Origin: a virus | Lineage: Duplodnaviria; Heunggongvirae; Uroviricota; Caudoviricetes | Strand: one strand, 5' to 3' | Virus record (IMG/VR): IMGVR_UViG_3300029983_000009 | Span: 128,001-168,159 of that record | Length of the DNA stretch: 40,159 nucleotides | Shown: positions 26,561 through 34,770 of the stretch, piece by piece | Numbering within the stretch: position 1 is the stretch's first letter | Layout of the letters: the number at the start of each line of letters is the position of its first letter | The notes under the pieces: generated by a model | Seen by the model: the letters and a program-made list of their open reading frames with translations, nothing else | What the model was told of the DNA's origin: nothing | The model's database searches: none | Translations under genes and position numbers: made by a program

Positions 26561-27337
26561 ATGAAATTACAAGAAATTACTAATAAAATAATAAAAAGAA
26601 TATCAGAATATATAGATTTTGACGTAAATGAAATATTTGATCAGTCAGATTGTATCACCATATATGGAGGAGCAGTTAGAGATAGTATAGCAGAACTTGA
26701 AATACATGATATAGACATACTTTGTATGCCAAAATCATCAGAGAAATTGAGAAATTTTTTAATTGATTATAAAAATTATAAAATTCTAGATTTCTATGAT
26801 ATTGATACATTAAACATGTACAAAGGAATTTCAATAATTCAAAATCCATGGACATTAATAAATAAAAATAATAAAATAATTCAAATAATTAGACCAAAAT
26901 TTGGGGACGCACGATTTCAGAATGCTGATGAACTTTATAAAACTGCGTATTATTCTCTAATTAAAAATGTTGATTTATCTTGTTGTGGAGTTTTTATTGA
27001 AAAAAAAAATAATATAATATCACTCAAAGAATCATGCAAAAATTCTATTGTTCAATGTATATCAAAAACATTTGAAATTAATAAATGGGCAACTTTATAT
27101 AATAGTGATAGAACAAATTTCAGAGAAGATAAGTTAATCAGAAGAGGATGGATTAATTTAAATCCTGATATATATTATTCAGCATCAAATAAAATTAAAA
27201 GAAATAAAATAAAATTAAAATATCAAAGAATGATGAAAATAATTTTATTAGAATTAGAATTTGAATACGATTATAAAATATGGACAGATGAGGAATATAT
27301 TAAATATTTAATGTTTTCTCTTCCTACTCCATTTTAA
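26561..27337 (+). CDS. Pol-beta-type nucleotidyltransferase with the GGAVRD head motif, like a CCA-adding enzyme or poly(A) polymerase
   Basis: IYGGAVRDSIAELEIHDIDIL gives GGAVRD followed nine residues later by DID. This is the signature of the class II tRNA nucleotidyltransferase head. 258 aa, shorter than full CCA enzymes. Confidence 0.5.
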   Translation: MKLQEITNKIIKRISEYIDFDVNEIFDQSDCITIYGGAVRDSIAELEIHDIDILCMPKSSEKLRNFLIDYKNYKILDFYDIDTLNMYKGISIIQNPWTLINKNNKIIQIIRPKFGDARFQNADELYKTAYYSLIKNVDLSCCGVFIEKKNNIISLKESCKNSIVQCISKTFEINKWATLYNSDRTNFREDKLIRRGWINLNPDIYYSASNKIKRNKIKLKYQRMMKIILLELEFEYDYKIWTDEEYIKYLMFSLPTPF

Positions 27338-27362
27338 AATAAATAAATAAATAAAATAAAAT

Positions 27363-27677
27363 ATGAAAACAAAATCAGAAATAATTAAAGAAGAAATTGA
27401 ATTAAAGAAAAAAGAACTTGAACAATTAGAAAAAGAGGAAAAATTAGAATTACGACACTCAGTTATTAAAGATTTATCTGAATATACAACACAAGAAAAA
27501 TGTGATTATTTTGATAAAATATACAATCGTGCAGAACTAGTGTTAAAGTTAGCTGAAGAAGAATCAGATGAAGAAGACACTGATCGTGATTCATGGGAGA
27601 AAATGATGGAAACATTAGCAAGAGATACTGAGTCATTTTGGACTTATTATAATAATATATTTGAAGGAGACGAATAA
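27363..27677 (+). CDS. coiled-coil acidic protein, paralog 1
   Basis: MKTKSEIIKEEIELKKKELEQLEKEEKLEL...SFWTYYNNIF. Paralogous to the next ORF. Confidence 0.5.
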   Translation: MKTKSEIIKEEIELKKKELEQLEKEEKLELRHSVIKDLSEYTTQEKCDYFDKIYNRAELVLKLAEEESDEEDTDRDSWEKMMETLARDTESFWTYYNNIFEGDE

Positions 27678-27680
27678 AAA

Positions 27681-27989
27681 ATGAAAACAGAAATAGAAAG
27701 TCTTAGAGCAGAAATTGAAAGAAAGAAAGAAGAACTTGAACAATTAGAATTACAAGAAAAATTAGGAGTTAAAGGATTATCAATTAAAGATTTATCTGAA
27801 TTTACAGATTTTGAAAAATGTAATTTTTTTGATTATTTATATAAATCATCATTAGACAGATTAAATAATACAATAGAAAATGAATATGAAGACGATGATG
27901 ATGAACATTATGCATGGGAGGAATGTATGTTAATACTAGCTCGTGATAAAGATTCTTTTTGGACTTATTATAATAAATTAATAAAATAA
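27681..27989 (+). CDS. coiled-coil acidic protein, paralog 2
   Basis: MKTEIESLRAEIERKKEELEQLELQEKLGV...SFWTYYNKLIK. Confidence 0.5.
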   Translation: MKTEIESLRAEIERKKEELEQLELQEKLGVKGLSIKDLSEFTDFEKCNFFDYLYKSSLDRLNNTIENEYEDDDDEHYAWEECMLILARDKDSFWTYYNKLIK

Positions 27990-28029
27990 AAATAAATTAT
28001 AATTATTTTTATATAATCATTAAAAAAGT

Positions 28030-28065
28030 ATAAAAGTCAATCATTTTTGATTGACTTTTTTTTTA
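28030..28065 (+). terminator. hairpin plus T9
   Basis: AAAAGTCAATCA-tttt-TGATTGACTTTTTTTTT. Confidence 0.55.
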
Positions 28066-28093
28066 TACCAATAATTATGTATATCTTTGCAAT

Positions 28094-28363
28094 ATGAAAA
28101 AAAAAGATAAAATACAGCAAGTAATTGATTTATCAGAACAAAAAACAACATTATTAAAAGAGTTGAAAGAGTCTGTTATATATGAACAGAAAAAATACGA
28201 CTTAGTAAGGTTTGATATGGGATTTAATAAATCTCACATTTTATTTAATATATCTAAAAAAACAGAAGTCACATCAGGAAGGCTTGATAGTATTAAATCA
28301 TATATAAATTTAAGGAATATTGATATTACCACTATCTATAACAATATCATGTTATTATCATGA
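28094..28363 (+). CDS. hypothetical protein (89 aa)
   Basis: ORF. Confidence 0.45.
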   Translation: MKKKDKIQQVIDLSEQKTTLLKELKESVIYEQKKYDLVRFDMGFNKSHILFNISKKTEVTSGRLDSIKSYINLRNIDITTIYNNIMLLS

Positions 28364-28632
28364 AAATAGATTTTAAATTTGATTTGTGTATTGACAGTGC
28401 GATATTAATAGATTATGTTTCACAAAATTCTGGATGTGAGTGGGATGATGTTTGCTGCATGGAAAGAGAATACAGGCATTCTGGTGAATTTGAAACCTCA
28501 GATGCTTATCCATTAATTGAATTAGGAGAAAAAGATATAACAACTTTTCAATATTGGGTTGAAAAATTTATAGAAGATTATAAAGAAGAAATAGGAAATA
28601 AAACAGTTTATTCATTATTCATAAATTATTAA
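28360..28632 (+). CDS. hypothetical protein (90 aa)
   Basis: ORF with an ATGA overlap. Confidence 0.45.
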   Translation: MKIDFKFDLCIDSAILIDYVSQNSGCEWDDVCCMEREYRHSGEFETSDAYPLIELGEKDITTFQYWVEKFIEDYKEEIGNKTVYSLFINY

Positions 28633-28636
28633 AGTC

Positions 28637-29014
28637 ATGAAAGTAAGTTTCGAAAAAGTGAGTGCTATTGCACTTGATGAAGTATCAAAAAGTAAATATC
28701 TTTACTTTAATCAAATGACAGGTGTCATAGGCACAATATTGGATAGGGCAGGAGTAGAAAAAATTAATCCTATTCCAGAAGATTATTTTATTGCAATTAA
28801 AAATGCAATTTCAGATGAATTTCACGGTGGAATGGAGCCTGAATTTGAAACAAAAGAGCAATTTGAAAAATGGGAAAATATTAACTCTGATCACTATTTA
28901 TTTATAACAGTCGAAGAAACAAAAACTGATCCAAGGTTCAGACACATAAATTCTCCATTTAAAGACAAAAAAATTCCTTTTTTAGCTTCTATAAATAATG
29001 TATGGCAAGCATAA
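28637..29014 (+). CDS. hypothetical protein (125 aa)
   Basis: ORF. Confidence 0.5.
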   Translation: MKVSFEKVSAIALDEVSKSKYLYFNQMTGVIGTILDRAGVEKINPIPEDYFIAIKNAISDEFHGGMEPEFETKEQFEKWENINSDHYLFITVEETKTDPRFRHINSPFKDKKIPFLASINNVWQA

Positions 29015-29604
29015 TATTAACAAATAAACAACTACTTTTAATTCAAAAATCTTTGGATTTATATTCAAGAATTGGAATGCTACAACTGGATGAAATATTA
29101 GAACATCCAACCATTGACAATAGTATAACTAATCAATTCACAGATAAAAAACCTCTTGATGTTGGTGATGAAACCATGAGAGGTAAAATAGTACAAATTG
29201 GTAAGAATTTTATAAAAACCGAAGGAAGCTGGGGTAAAGAGAAAGAAGTAAAAACCTGGAAAGATATTGAAAAGGTAAAATTGGCTCCAGATTGGTCTAA
29301 ATTACATCAAAGAAAAGATGAAATTAAGATTAAATTAAATGAAATTAAATATTTAATAACTGGTGATATTACTTTTTATAGTGCGAGTTTTGGAATTCAT
29401 AATAAAGAAACTGATGAAACATGCAGAGAAGCATATGACATTATACAAGTTATAAGGCATGAATTTTGGAAAAATCAAAAAAATAAAAGCAATATGACAG
29501 TAGACTCATCTATTTCAAAATCATCAACAGAAGATTCTGTTGTAGTAAAATTAGATGATATTCAAGATATAAGAAAAAGAAAAATCACTAAAATAAATAA
29601 ATAA
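29002..29604 (+). CDS. hypothetical protein (200 aa)
   Basis: ORF. Confidence 0.5.
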   Translation: MASIILTNKQLLLIQKSLDLYSRIGMLQLDEILEHPTIDNSITNQFTDKKPLDVGDETMRGKIVQIGKNFIKTEGSWGKEKEVKTWKDIEKVKLAPDWSKLHQRKDEIKIKLNEIKYLITGDITFYSASFGIHNKETDETCREAYDIIQVIRHEFWKNQKNKSNMTVDSSISKSSTEDSVVVKLDDIQDIRKRKITKINK

Positions 29605-29609
29605 ATAAT

Positions 29610-29777
29610 ATGAATTACTACCTATTTTTATGTGGAGATACCTTAGTTTGGTGTGCGTCTGAAAAAAATTTCAATGATATGTACAATGACGACAAATACA
29701 AGTACATGGGATCAATATTAGAACGTGGAATTAGCACAGGACCAAACATTGAACCTTTTAATGGAAAAAATTTATGA
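29610..29777 (+). CDS. hypothetical small protein (55 aa), not in the track
   Basis: ATG at 29610 and TGA at 29775. MNYYLFLCGDTLVWCASEK... Found by eye. Confidence 0.25.
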   Translation: MNYYLFLCGDTLVWCASEKNFNDMYNDDKYKYMGSILERGISTGPNIEPFNGKNL

Positions 29778-30205
29778 TTAATTTAATATTTTTATTGTCA
29801 ATTGGTACATTTCTTGCATTTGAATTCCATAAATTGATAAAATTCAGTTTGTTTTATAGAATGAGTGTAATATCATCATTTTATGGAAAAAATATAATGA
29901 AAAGATTAAATCCTGAAATCATTAGACTATTTGCTAAAATTGCATTAGTAGATATTATTTATAGCATTTTATTAATCATTGGAATGTTTACTATAAATGT
30001 CAATTTATTTTCATCATTAATAATAATATCATTTTTAAAGGTAAGCTCTTTTAAGCACTATAAAAATGTATATTTTAGAAAATCTCTTTTGATTTTTGAC
30101 TCATTTTTAACAATTTTAATATTAACTATAATAATAGTAAATTTGTTATTTTATAATATATCTGATTTTCTATTATTAACAAATATTTATAATAGTATGT
30201 TCTGA
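29774..30205 (+). CDS. polytopic membrane protein (143 aa)
   Basis: At least three or four hydrophobic helices. Confidence 0.5.
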   Translation: MINLIFLLSIGTFLAFEFHKLIKFSLFYRMSVISSFYGKNIMKRLNPEIIRLFAKIALVDIIYSILLIIGMFTINVNLFSSLIIISFLKVSSFKHYKNVYFRKSLLIFDSFLTILILTIIIVNLLFYNISDFLLLTNIYNSMF

Positions 30206-30211
30206 TAAATT

Positions 30212-30421
30212 ATGGACATTGAGACTGAAAAAATATTCAATGAAGTAAAAAAAATTATTCCTACATTAAATATCATCATTACTTATGATACTGGAATAAT
30301 ATTAATTGAAAATAATCTCATATATTCAACACAAGGTCCTATGACTGAAAAATTTATACAATGTTATCTATATGGATTATATGAAGGAATAATAGGAGGA
30401 CTTAAACACACAAAATATTAA
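30212..30421 (+). CDS. small protein, paralog 1 (MDIETEKI...IYSTQG family)
   Basis: Tandem pair with the next ORF. Shared motif NIIITYDTGIILIENNLIYSTQG. Confidence 0.5.
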   Translation: MDIETEKIFNEVKKIIPTLNIIITYDTGIILIENNLIYSTQGPMTEKFIQCYLYGLYEGIIGGLKHTKY

Positions 30422-30424
30422 AAA

Positions 30425-30646
30425 ATGAACGTAGAAACTGAAAAAATAATAACTGATATAAAAGAGGTAATATCATCATTAAATGTTATTATTACTGGTA
30501 ACACTGGAATAATATTGATAGACAACAAACTTATATATTCAACCCAAGGTGATGTGACAGATCAACTTATTCAAAGTTATTTATCTGGATTACATAGAGG
30601 AATATTAAGTGGAATGAAATATCAAAATAACCAAAAAATTAAATAA
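30425..30646 (+). CDS. small protein, paralog 2 (MNVETEKI...IYSTQG family)
   Basis: NVIITGNTGIILIDNKLIYSTQG. Confidence 0.5.
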   Translation: MNVETEKIITDIKEVISSLNVIITGNTGIILIDNKLIYSTQGDVTDQLIQSYLSGLHRGILSGMKYQNNQKIK

Positions 30647-31387
30647 ATGGATCACGAAATCACTATAAAATCTCCATTAAAAATTATTTGTGTAAATCCA
30701 AAGGCATCTACAAAATTACTAAAAGGAGGTGTGTATTATGCAACTGAATTGTATAATACTGGCGCTGGTACAAATAGTGAAAAAAGAGTTCTTATAAAAG
30801 GATTAACATATTATTCAGCTATTAATTTTAAATTAGAAAATGGAGAATGTTTAGATAATCAAGAAACTTTCATTGTATCATCAAAATCATTAGATGCTGA
30901 GAATATTGACTATACTGGACAATATGTTAGATGTAATCATAGTGACTCAAGTCACACAAAAGAAGGATCAATTTATTATGTACAATCTCAATTCAATAAA
31001 CGCCGAACTGGATATTCATTTGATTATTACTATCTAAAATTAAGTGGAATAAATAAAAATGTATATGCATATCAATTTGATGAGATTTCTATAAGTGAGC
31101 AAAGAAAATTAAAATTAAATAATATTAATGGAATTCAAATTGAAACTGGAAACATCAGAAAATTTACACAATATTCAGAAAAAGAAAAAATTGTCATTTT
31201 CTTACAAGGTTTAATAAAATCATTATCAGATATTAACAAAACTGAAAACTCAAATGAAATAAATATAGACATTTATAAGTCAATAGTTAATAAAAGCAAA
31301 AAATATGATGCAATAGAAAAAGATTTTGAAGAATTTCTTAAACTTGACATAAAAACTATACTCGAAATGTATAATATAAAAATATAA
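30647..31387 (+). CDS. hypothetical protein (246 aa)
   Basis: ORF that starts immediately at the upstream stop. Confidence 0.5.
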   Translation: MDHEITIKSPLKIICVNPKASTKLLKGGVYYATELYNTGAGTNSEKRVLIKGLTYYSAINFKLENGECLDNQETFIVSSKSLDAENIDYTGQYVRCNHSDSSHTKEGSIYYVQSQFNKRRTGYSFDYYYLKLSGINKNVYAYQFDEISISEQRKLKLNNINGIQIETGNIRKFTQYSEKEKIVIFLQGLIKSLSDINKTENSNEINIDIYKSIVNKSKKYDAIEKDFEEFLKLDIKTILEMYNIKI

Positions 31388-31495
31388 CGTTGTCATAAAT
31401 GATTATTGGTAATAAGTGGTAAGTTAGTATATCTGGGAAGATAGAAACACTAATAATAGCACTTATTTTTTTTATATATAAAAGAAAAATGAAGC

Positions 31496-31768
31496 ATGAA
31501 GCATATCAAGATTTATGAATATTTTAAAGATAATATAGAAATAGATAACTATGATTTGGCACTTGAATTAGAATTCAAATTTAGAACATCTAATCAAGAA
31601 GATAAGAAAAATAAAAGCATCTTTGATGTTTTAAATGAATTAGGTATTCAGAAAGGAGATTTAACTGGAGTAGATTTAGGAAAAATTCTACAACTTCAAA
31701 TGAAATTCAAAAAACAATCTGATGAAGAATTCTTAAAAATGTACAATGAACACATAAAAAAACTCTGA
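31496..31768 (+). CDS. small protein with the family-type N-terminus MKHIKIYE
   Basis: The N-terminus matches the family but the C-terminus (HIKKL) does not. Followed by a terminator hairpin. Confidence 0.45.
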   Translation: MKHIKIYEYFKDNIEIDNYDLALELEFKFRTSNQEDKKNKSIFDVLNELGIQKGDLTGVDLGKILQLQMKFKKQSDEEFLKMYNEHIKKL

Positions 31769-31793
31769 AATTTAAATTTCAGAGTTTTTTTAT
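31756..31793 (+). terminator. hairpin plus T7, immediately upstream of the tRNA cluster
   Basis: AAAAAACTCTGAAATTTAAATTTCAGAGTTTTTTT. Confidence 0.5.
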
Positions 31794-31794
31794 G

Positions 31795-31866
31795 TTCTCA
31801 CACCAGGAATCGGACCTGGATTATTTGTTCCAAAAACAAATGTAATAGCCTTTATACCATATGAGA
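31795..31866 (-). tRNA. tRNA-like gene, anticodon UUG (Gln) read by eye, with an atypical T-loop (C55)
   Basis: Minus strand reads TCTCATA/TGTGAGA acceptor, 3-bp D stem, anticodon stem TTTGT/ACAAA with loop TTTTGGA, and T arm CCAGG-TCCGATT-CCTGG. 72 nt cloverleaf. Confidence 0.45.
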
Positions 31867-31874
31867 ATGTATTG

Positions 31875-31945
31875 TTGTTCATGAAAGGATCAAACTTTCT
31901 CTCCAAAATCCAAATTTTTGTGTGCTATCTTTACACCAATGAACA
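31875..31945 (-). tRNA. tRNA-like gene, anticodon UUG (Gln) read by eye, with a non-canonical T-loop
   Basis: Perfect 7-bp acceptor TGTTCAT/ATGAACA. Anticodon stem CAAAA/TTTTG with loop ATTTGGA. T arm GAAAG-TTTGATC-CTTTC. Confidence 0.4.
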
Positions 31946-31955
31946 ATATAATTTG

Positions 31956-32040
31956 TCGCCTTAGTGGGGTTCGAACCCACAAGCTCATATGAGCATCAGT
32001 TTCAAAGACTGACATGTTTAGCCAATTCCATCACAAGGCA
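31956..32040 (-). tRNA. tRNA-like gene with a long variable arm (type II) and apparent anticodon UUG
   Basis: Canonical T arm GTGGG-TTCGAAC-CCCAC. Anticodon stem TCAGT/ACTGA with loop CTTTGAA. Variable-arm hairpin GCTCA-TAT-TGAGC. Acceptor has G-U pairs at both ends. 85 nt. Confidence 0.45.
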
Positions 32041-32054
32041 GTGACATTCTATTG

Positions 32055-32126
32055 TTGCTCTATTAGGATTCAAACCTAAACTGCAGGATCCAGATTCCTG
32101 ATTGCTATCATTACAAACATAGAGCA
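32055..32126 (-). tRNA. tRNA, anticodon CUG (Gln)
   Basis: Perfect acceptor TGCTCTA/TAGAGCA. Anticodon stem CAGGA/TCCTG with loop ATCTGGA. T arm TTAGG-TTTGAAT-CCTAA, which is canonical. 72 nt. Confidence 0.55.
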
Positions 32127-32319
32127 TTATATAAACAAAAAATCCAACTTAAAAAGTTGGGCATAAAAAAACCCAAACCATTTCAGGATTGGGTAAAAAG
32201 TAAACATGATTCTAACCCAATCAAACGTAAGTTTGTTGTTGTTGCTGAATCATATTTAAAATATTGTTGTTCATAAGAATTTTAATTTTTATTGTAATGT
32301 ATATAGTAATATAAAAATA

Positions 32320-32523
32320 TTAAGTTTTTTCTATTTTTAATGCTTCTAAATCTTTTTTTGTTGCTATTTCAAGCAACTGTATATATTCATGTAATTCTAA
32401 ATCACACAGTCTGTTTTTTTCGAATAATCTGAACATTGTTTCCCATCTATCAGATTCATTCCAATCTAGTAAATAATAATATCCTCTACCTGGAACTAAT
32501 GTATCATCTATTAACTCTTTCAT
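32320..32523 (-). CDS. hypothetical protein (67 aa)
   Basis: ORF. Its GC content is locally higher. Confidence 0.4.
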   Translation of the reverse strand: MKELIDDTLVPGRGYYYLLDWNESDRWETMFRLFEKNRLCDLELHEYIQLLEIATKKDLEALKIEKT

Positions 32524-32739
32524 TATTATTAAATAAAATTATTTATTATTATATTATAACTTTTTAATTTTTAAAACTCTCACTGAATTTTCATCAGTGA
32601 GAGGTTTTCAAAAATTATGAAATTAGAAATTAAACGTCAGTTGTTTCACAACAAGTAGTAGACATTATAAAAGCACAACAAAGATAATACAAATATTTTT
32701 ATTGCGCAAGTTTTTTTATATATAAATATAAAATATTTT

Positions 32740-33171
32740 ATGAATCATATCAAATCATATAAAATATATGAATCAGAAGGATGGAATAAAGATGTTGACT
32801 GGAAATATGTCATAGAACATCCTGATGATAAAAGTGATGAAGCAAGTTTAATTAGAGATTTACAGGAAAAACTAGATGATGTGATATCTATGTTAGATAA
32901 TTATAACATATTCGAAATTGTTAATATTAAAGGAAATGATTTAGATTATGGTTCTTATGCGATAGTTAGTATATTTGATAAAAACTATAAAATAAGTGAA
33001 GTATATTCAATAGATAAATTATGCATTGAAGATTTTCCAATAAATAATCCTAATGAAGATGAAACAACTGGATATATAGGAGATACAAATGAAATAGCAG
33101 AATTATTAAATATGATTTATAAATCTGGCGGAATGGAAATATACCAATCAATAAAAAAATATAATATATAA
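32740..33171 (+). CDS. family-related protein, tandem paralog 1 (MNHIKSYKIYE...KKYNI)
   Basis: Paralog of the next ORF. Shares EASLI..L.E.LD and FPINN with it. The end is KKYNI. Confidence 0.55.
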   Translation: MNHIKSYKIYESEGWNKDVDWKYVIEHPDDKSDEASLIRDLQEKLDDVISMLDNYNIFEIVNIKGNDLDYGSYAIVSIFDKNYKISEVYSIDKLCIEDFPINNPNEDETTGYIGDTNEIAELLNMIYKSGGMEIYQSIKKYNI

Positions 33172-33175
33172 AAAT

Positions 33176-33622
33176 ATGAAGCACTTAAAACAGTATAAAA
33201 TATATGAGGCAGGAGAATGGAGCAGAGGGATTAATTGGGAATATGTCAAAGAAAATCCAGATGATGACAGTGAAGAAGCAAGTTTAATTAAATATTTAGA
33301 AGAAAGATTAGATTATATAATTTCAAATTTAGATGACGATAACATATTAAAAATTGATGATATCAGGGGACATGATTTATATCAAGGTGCTTATGCATTA
33401 GTTAAAATATTTGGGGTAAGATATACTATATGGAACACTGGCGCTCAATCAGGAGGATCAGAAGATACATTATATATTGAAGGATTTCCGATAAATAATC
33501 TTGATGAAGATTCAAATCCTGGATTTATTGGTGTTCCTAATGATATATATGATTTATTGAATTGTATTTATCAAGTTGGAGGAATAGAAATATATAAAAC
33601 AACAAAAAAATATAATATCTAA
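33176..33622 (+). CDS. family-related protein, tandem paralog 2 (MKHLKQYKIYE...KKYNI)
   Basis: See the previous ORF. Confidence 0.55.
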   Translation: MKHLKQYKIYEAGEWSRGINWEYVKENPDDDSEEASLIKYLEERLDYIISNLDDDNILKIDDIRGHDLYQGAYALVKIFGVRYTIWNTGAQSGGSEDTLYIEGFPINNLDEDSNPGFIGVPNDIYDLLNCIYQVGGIEIYKTTKKYNI

Positions 33623-33623
33623 C

Positions 33624-34769
33624 ATGAAATATATATATTCATTCAAAGAAATAAATGAATCAAATTTAGAACAAACTAAAAATTATCTTACTATATTATT
33701 TGAAAATGAAAATTGGAAAATTGAAAAAGCTAATTCATTTGAAGCATTAACTGAGTGGTCAGAAGATGGTAATATTAATATGAGTTCATATAAAGGAAAT
33801 TTTGAGAATCTTTTTTTAAATACAAACAAAAAAACTGATGATAAAATAGTATTTGATTTTGATAGAGGTGATTTTTATACATTAGATGACGATAATATTG
33901 ATTTGAAAGAAACAATTGAAGATAATACTGAACTACTAAATTTCTATGGAGAAAATCTTAACTGCAAAAATATTGTTAAAGATGATGATGAATATTGGTT
34001 AGTTATTGATGATTATAAATTCTTTGTTGACTATTTTAAGGTAGATAGCAACACATCAAATGATTTAATATCAACAGTTTTATCTGGTGATTCTTATGAT
34101 ATATTTGATTATCATAATACAGAGTTTAGTATCACTGAAAGCATGAAATTATCTAAAGATAATTTAGATTTAATTAAAATAATACTAGCACTTGAACTAA
34201 TTAATAATGGTTATGATTATGATATTGATGATATTGATGATTATTCTGATGCTGTTGATATAATAGAAGAGAATGAAATGGAAGAATTTAAAGATATTTT
34301 ATTAAATTGTATTCGTTCAGGACATGAATCTGCAGATGCTGATGAGGCTTGGAATGATATAATAAAAGAAGCATATTCATTCTTTAATATATTAAAAGAT
34401 TCTAATAAATGGGAATATCATAATAATAGTAAAGAAAAAATGCTATGGATAAAATTTGAAAATTCAACTGACGCATACAAAGCAAAATTTATAATTAATA
34501 AATATGATGATAGTTATCAAGATGATGTGATTAATTATTCACAACCTTACTATGGTTATACTGGAGACATTAAAAATATAATTGAAACTTTCAATGAAGT
34601 CTTACCAGATAAAATATATGAATATGGTAGTGATACAGTAGATAGAGACGATATTAGTGATTCTTATGATATATTCACAGAACAAAAAGAGAAAAATCCT
34701 GATATAAAAGTATCTGACATAATTGAAAATTTAAAAATGTATTTAGATACTAAAAAATTTAACATATAA
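33624..34769 (+). CDS. KFN(I/L) family protein, large and acidic (381 aa)
   Basis: MKYIYSFKEINE ... TKKFNI. D/E-rich. Confidence 0.55.
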   Translation: MKYIYSFKEINESNLEQTKNYLTILFENENWKIEKANSFEALTEWSEDGNINMSSYKGNFENLFLNTNKKTDDKIVFDFDRGDFYTLDDDNIDLKETIEDNTELLNFYGENLNCKNIVKDDDEYWLVIDDYKFFVDYFKVDSNTSNDLISTVLSGDSYDIFDYHNTEFSITESMKLSKDNLDLIKIILALELINNGYDYDIDDIDDYSDAVDIIEENEMEEFKDILLNCIRSGHESADADEAWNDIIKEAYSFFNILKDSNKWEYHNNSKEKMLWIKFENSTDAYKAKFIINKYDDSYQDDVINYSQPYYGYTGDIKNIIETFNEVLPDKIYEYGSDTVDRDDISDSYDIFTEQKEKNPDIKVSDIIENLKMYLDTKKFNI

Positions 34770-34770
34770 T

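Noticed and set aside
28082-28089. TATCTTTG box 4 nt upstream of the ATG at 28094, considered as a promoter
   Set aside because: It is too close to the start codon to serve as a -7 element for this ORF unless the transcript is leaderless or the start is misassigned. It is kept only as an occurrence of the motif.
32130-32250. A fifth tRNA downstream of the cluster
   Set aside because: Hairpins are present, but I could not build a cloverleaf with an acceptor stem and T-loop. It is left unannotated pending a tRNAscan-SE run.
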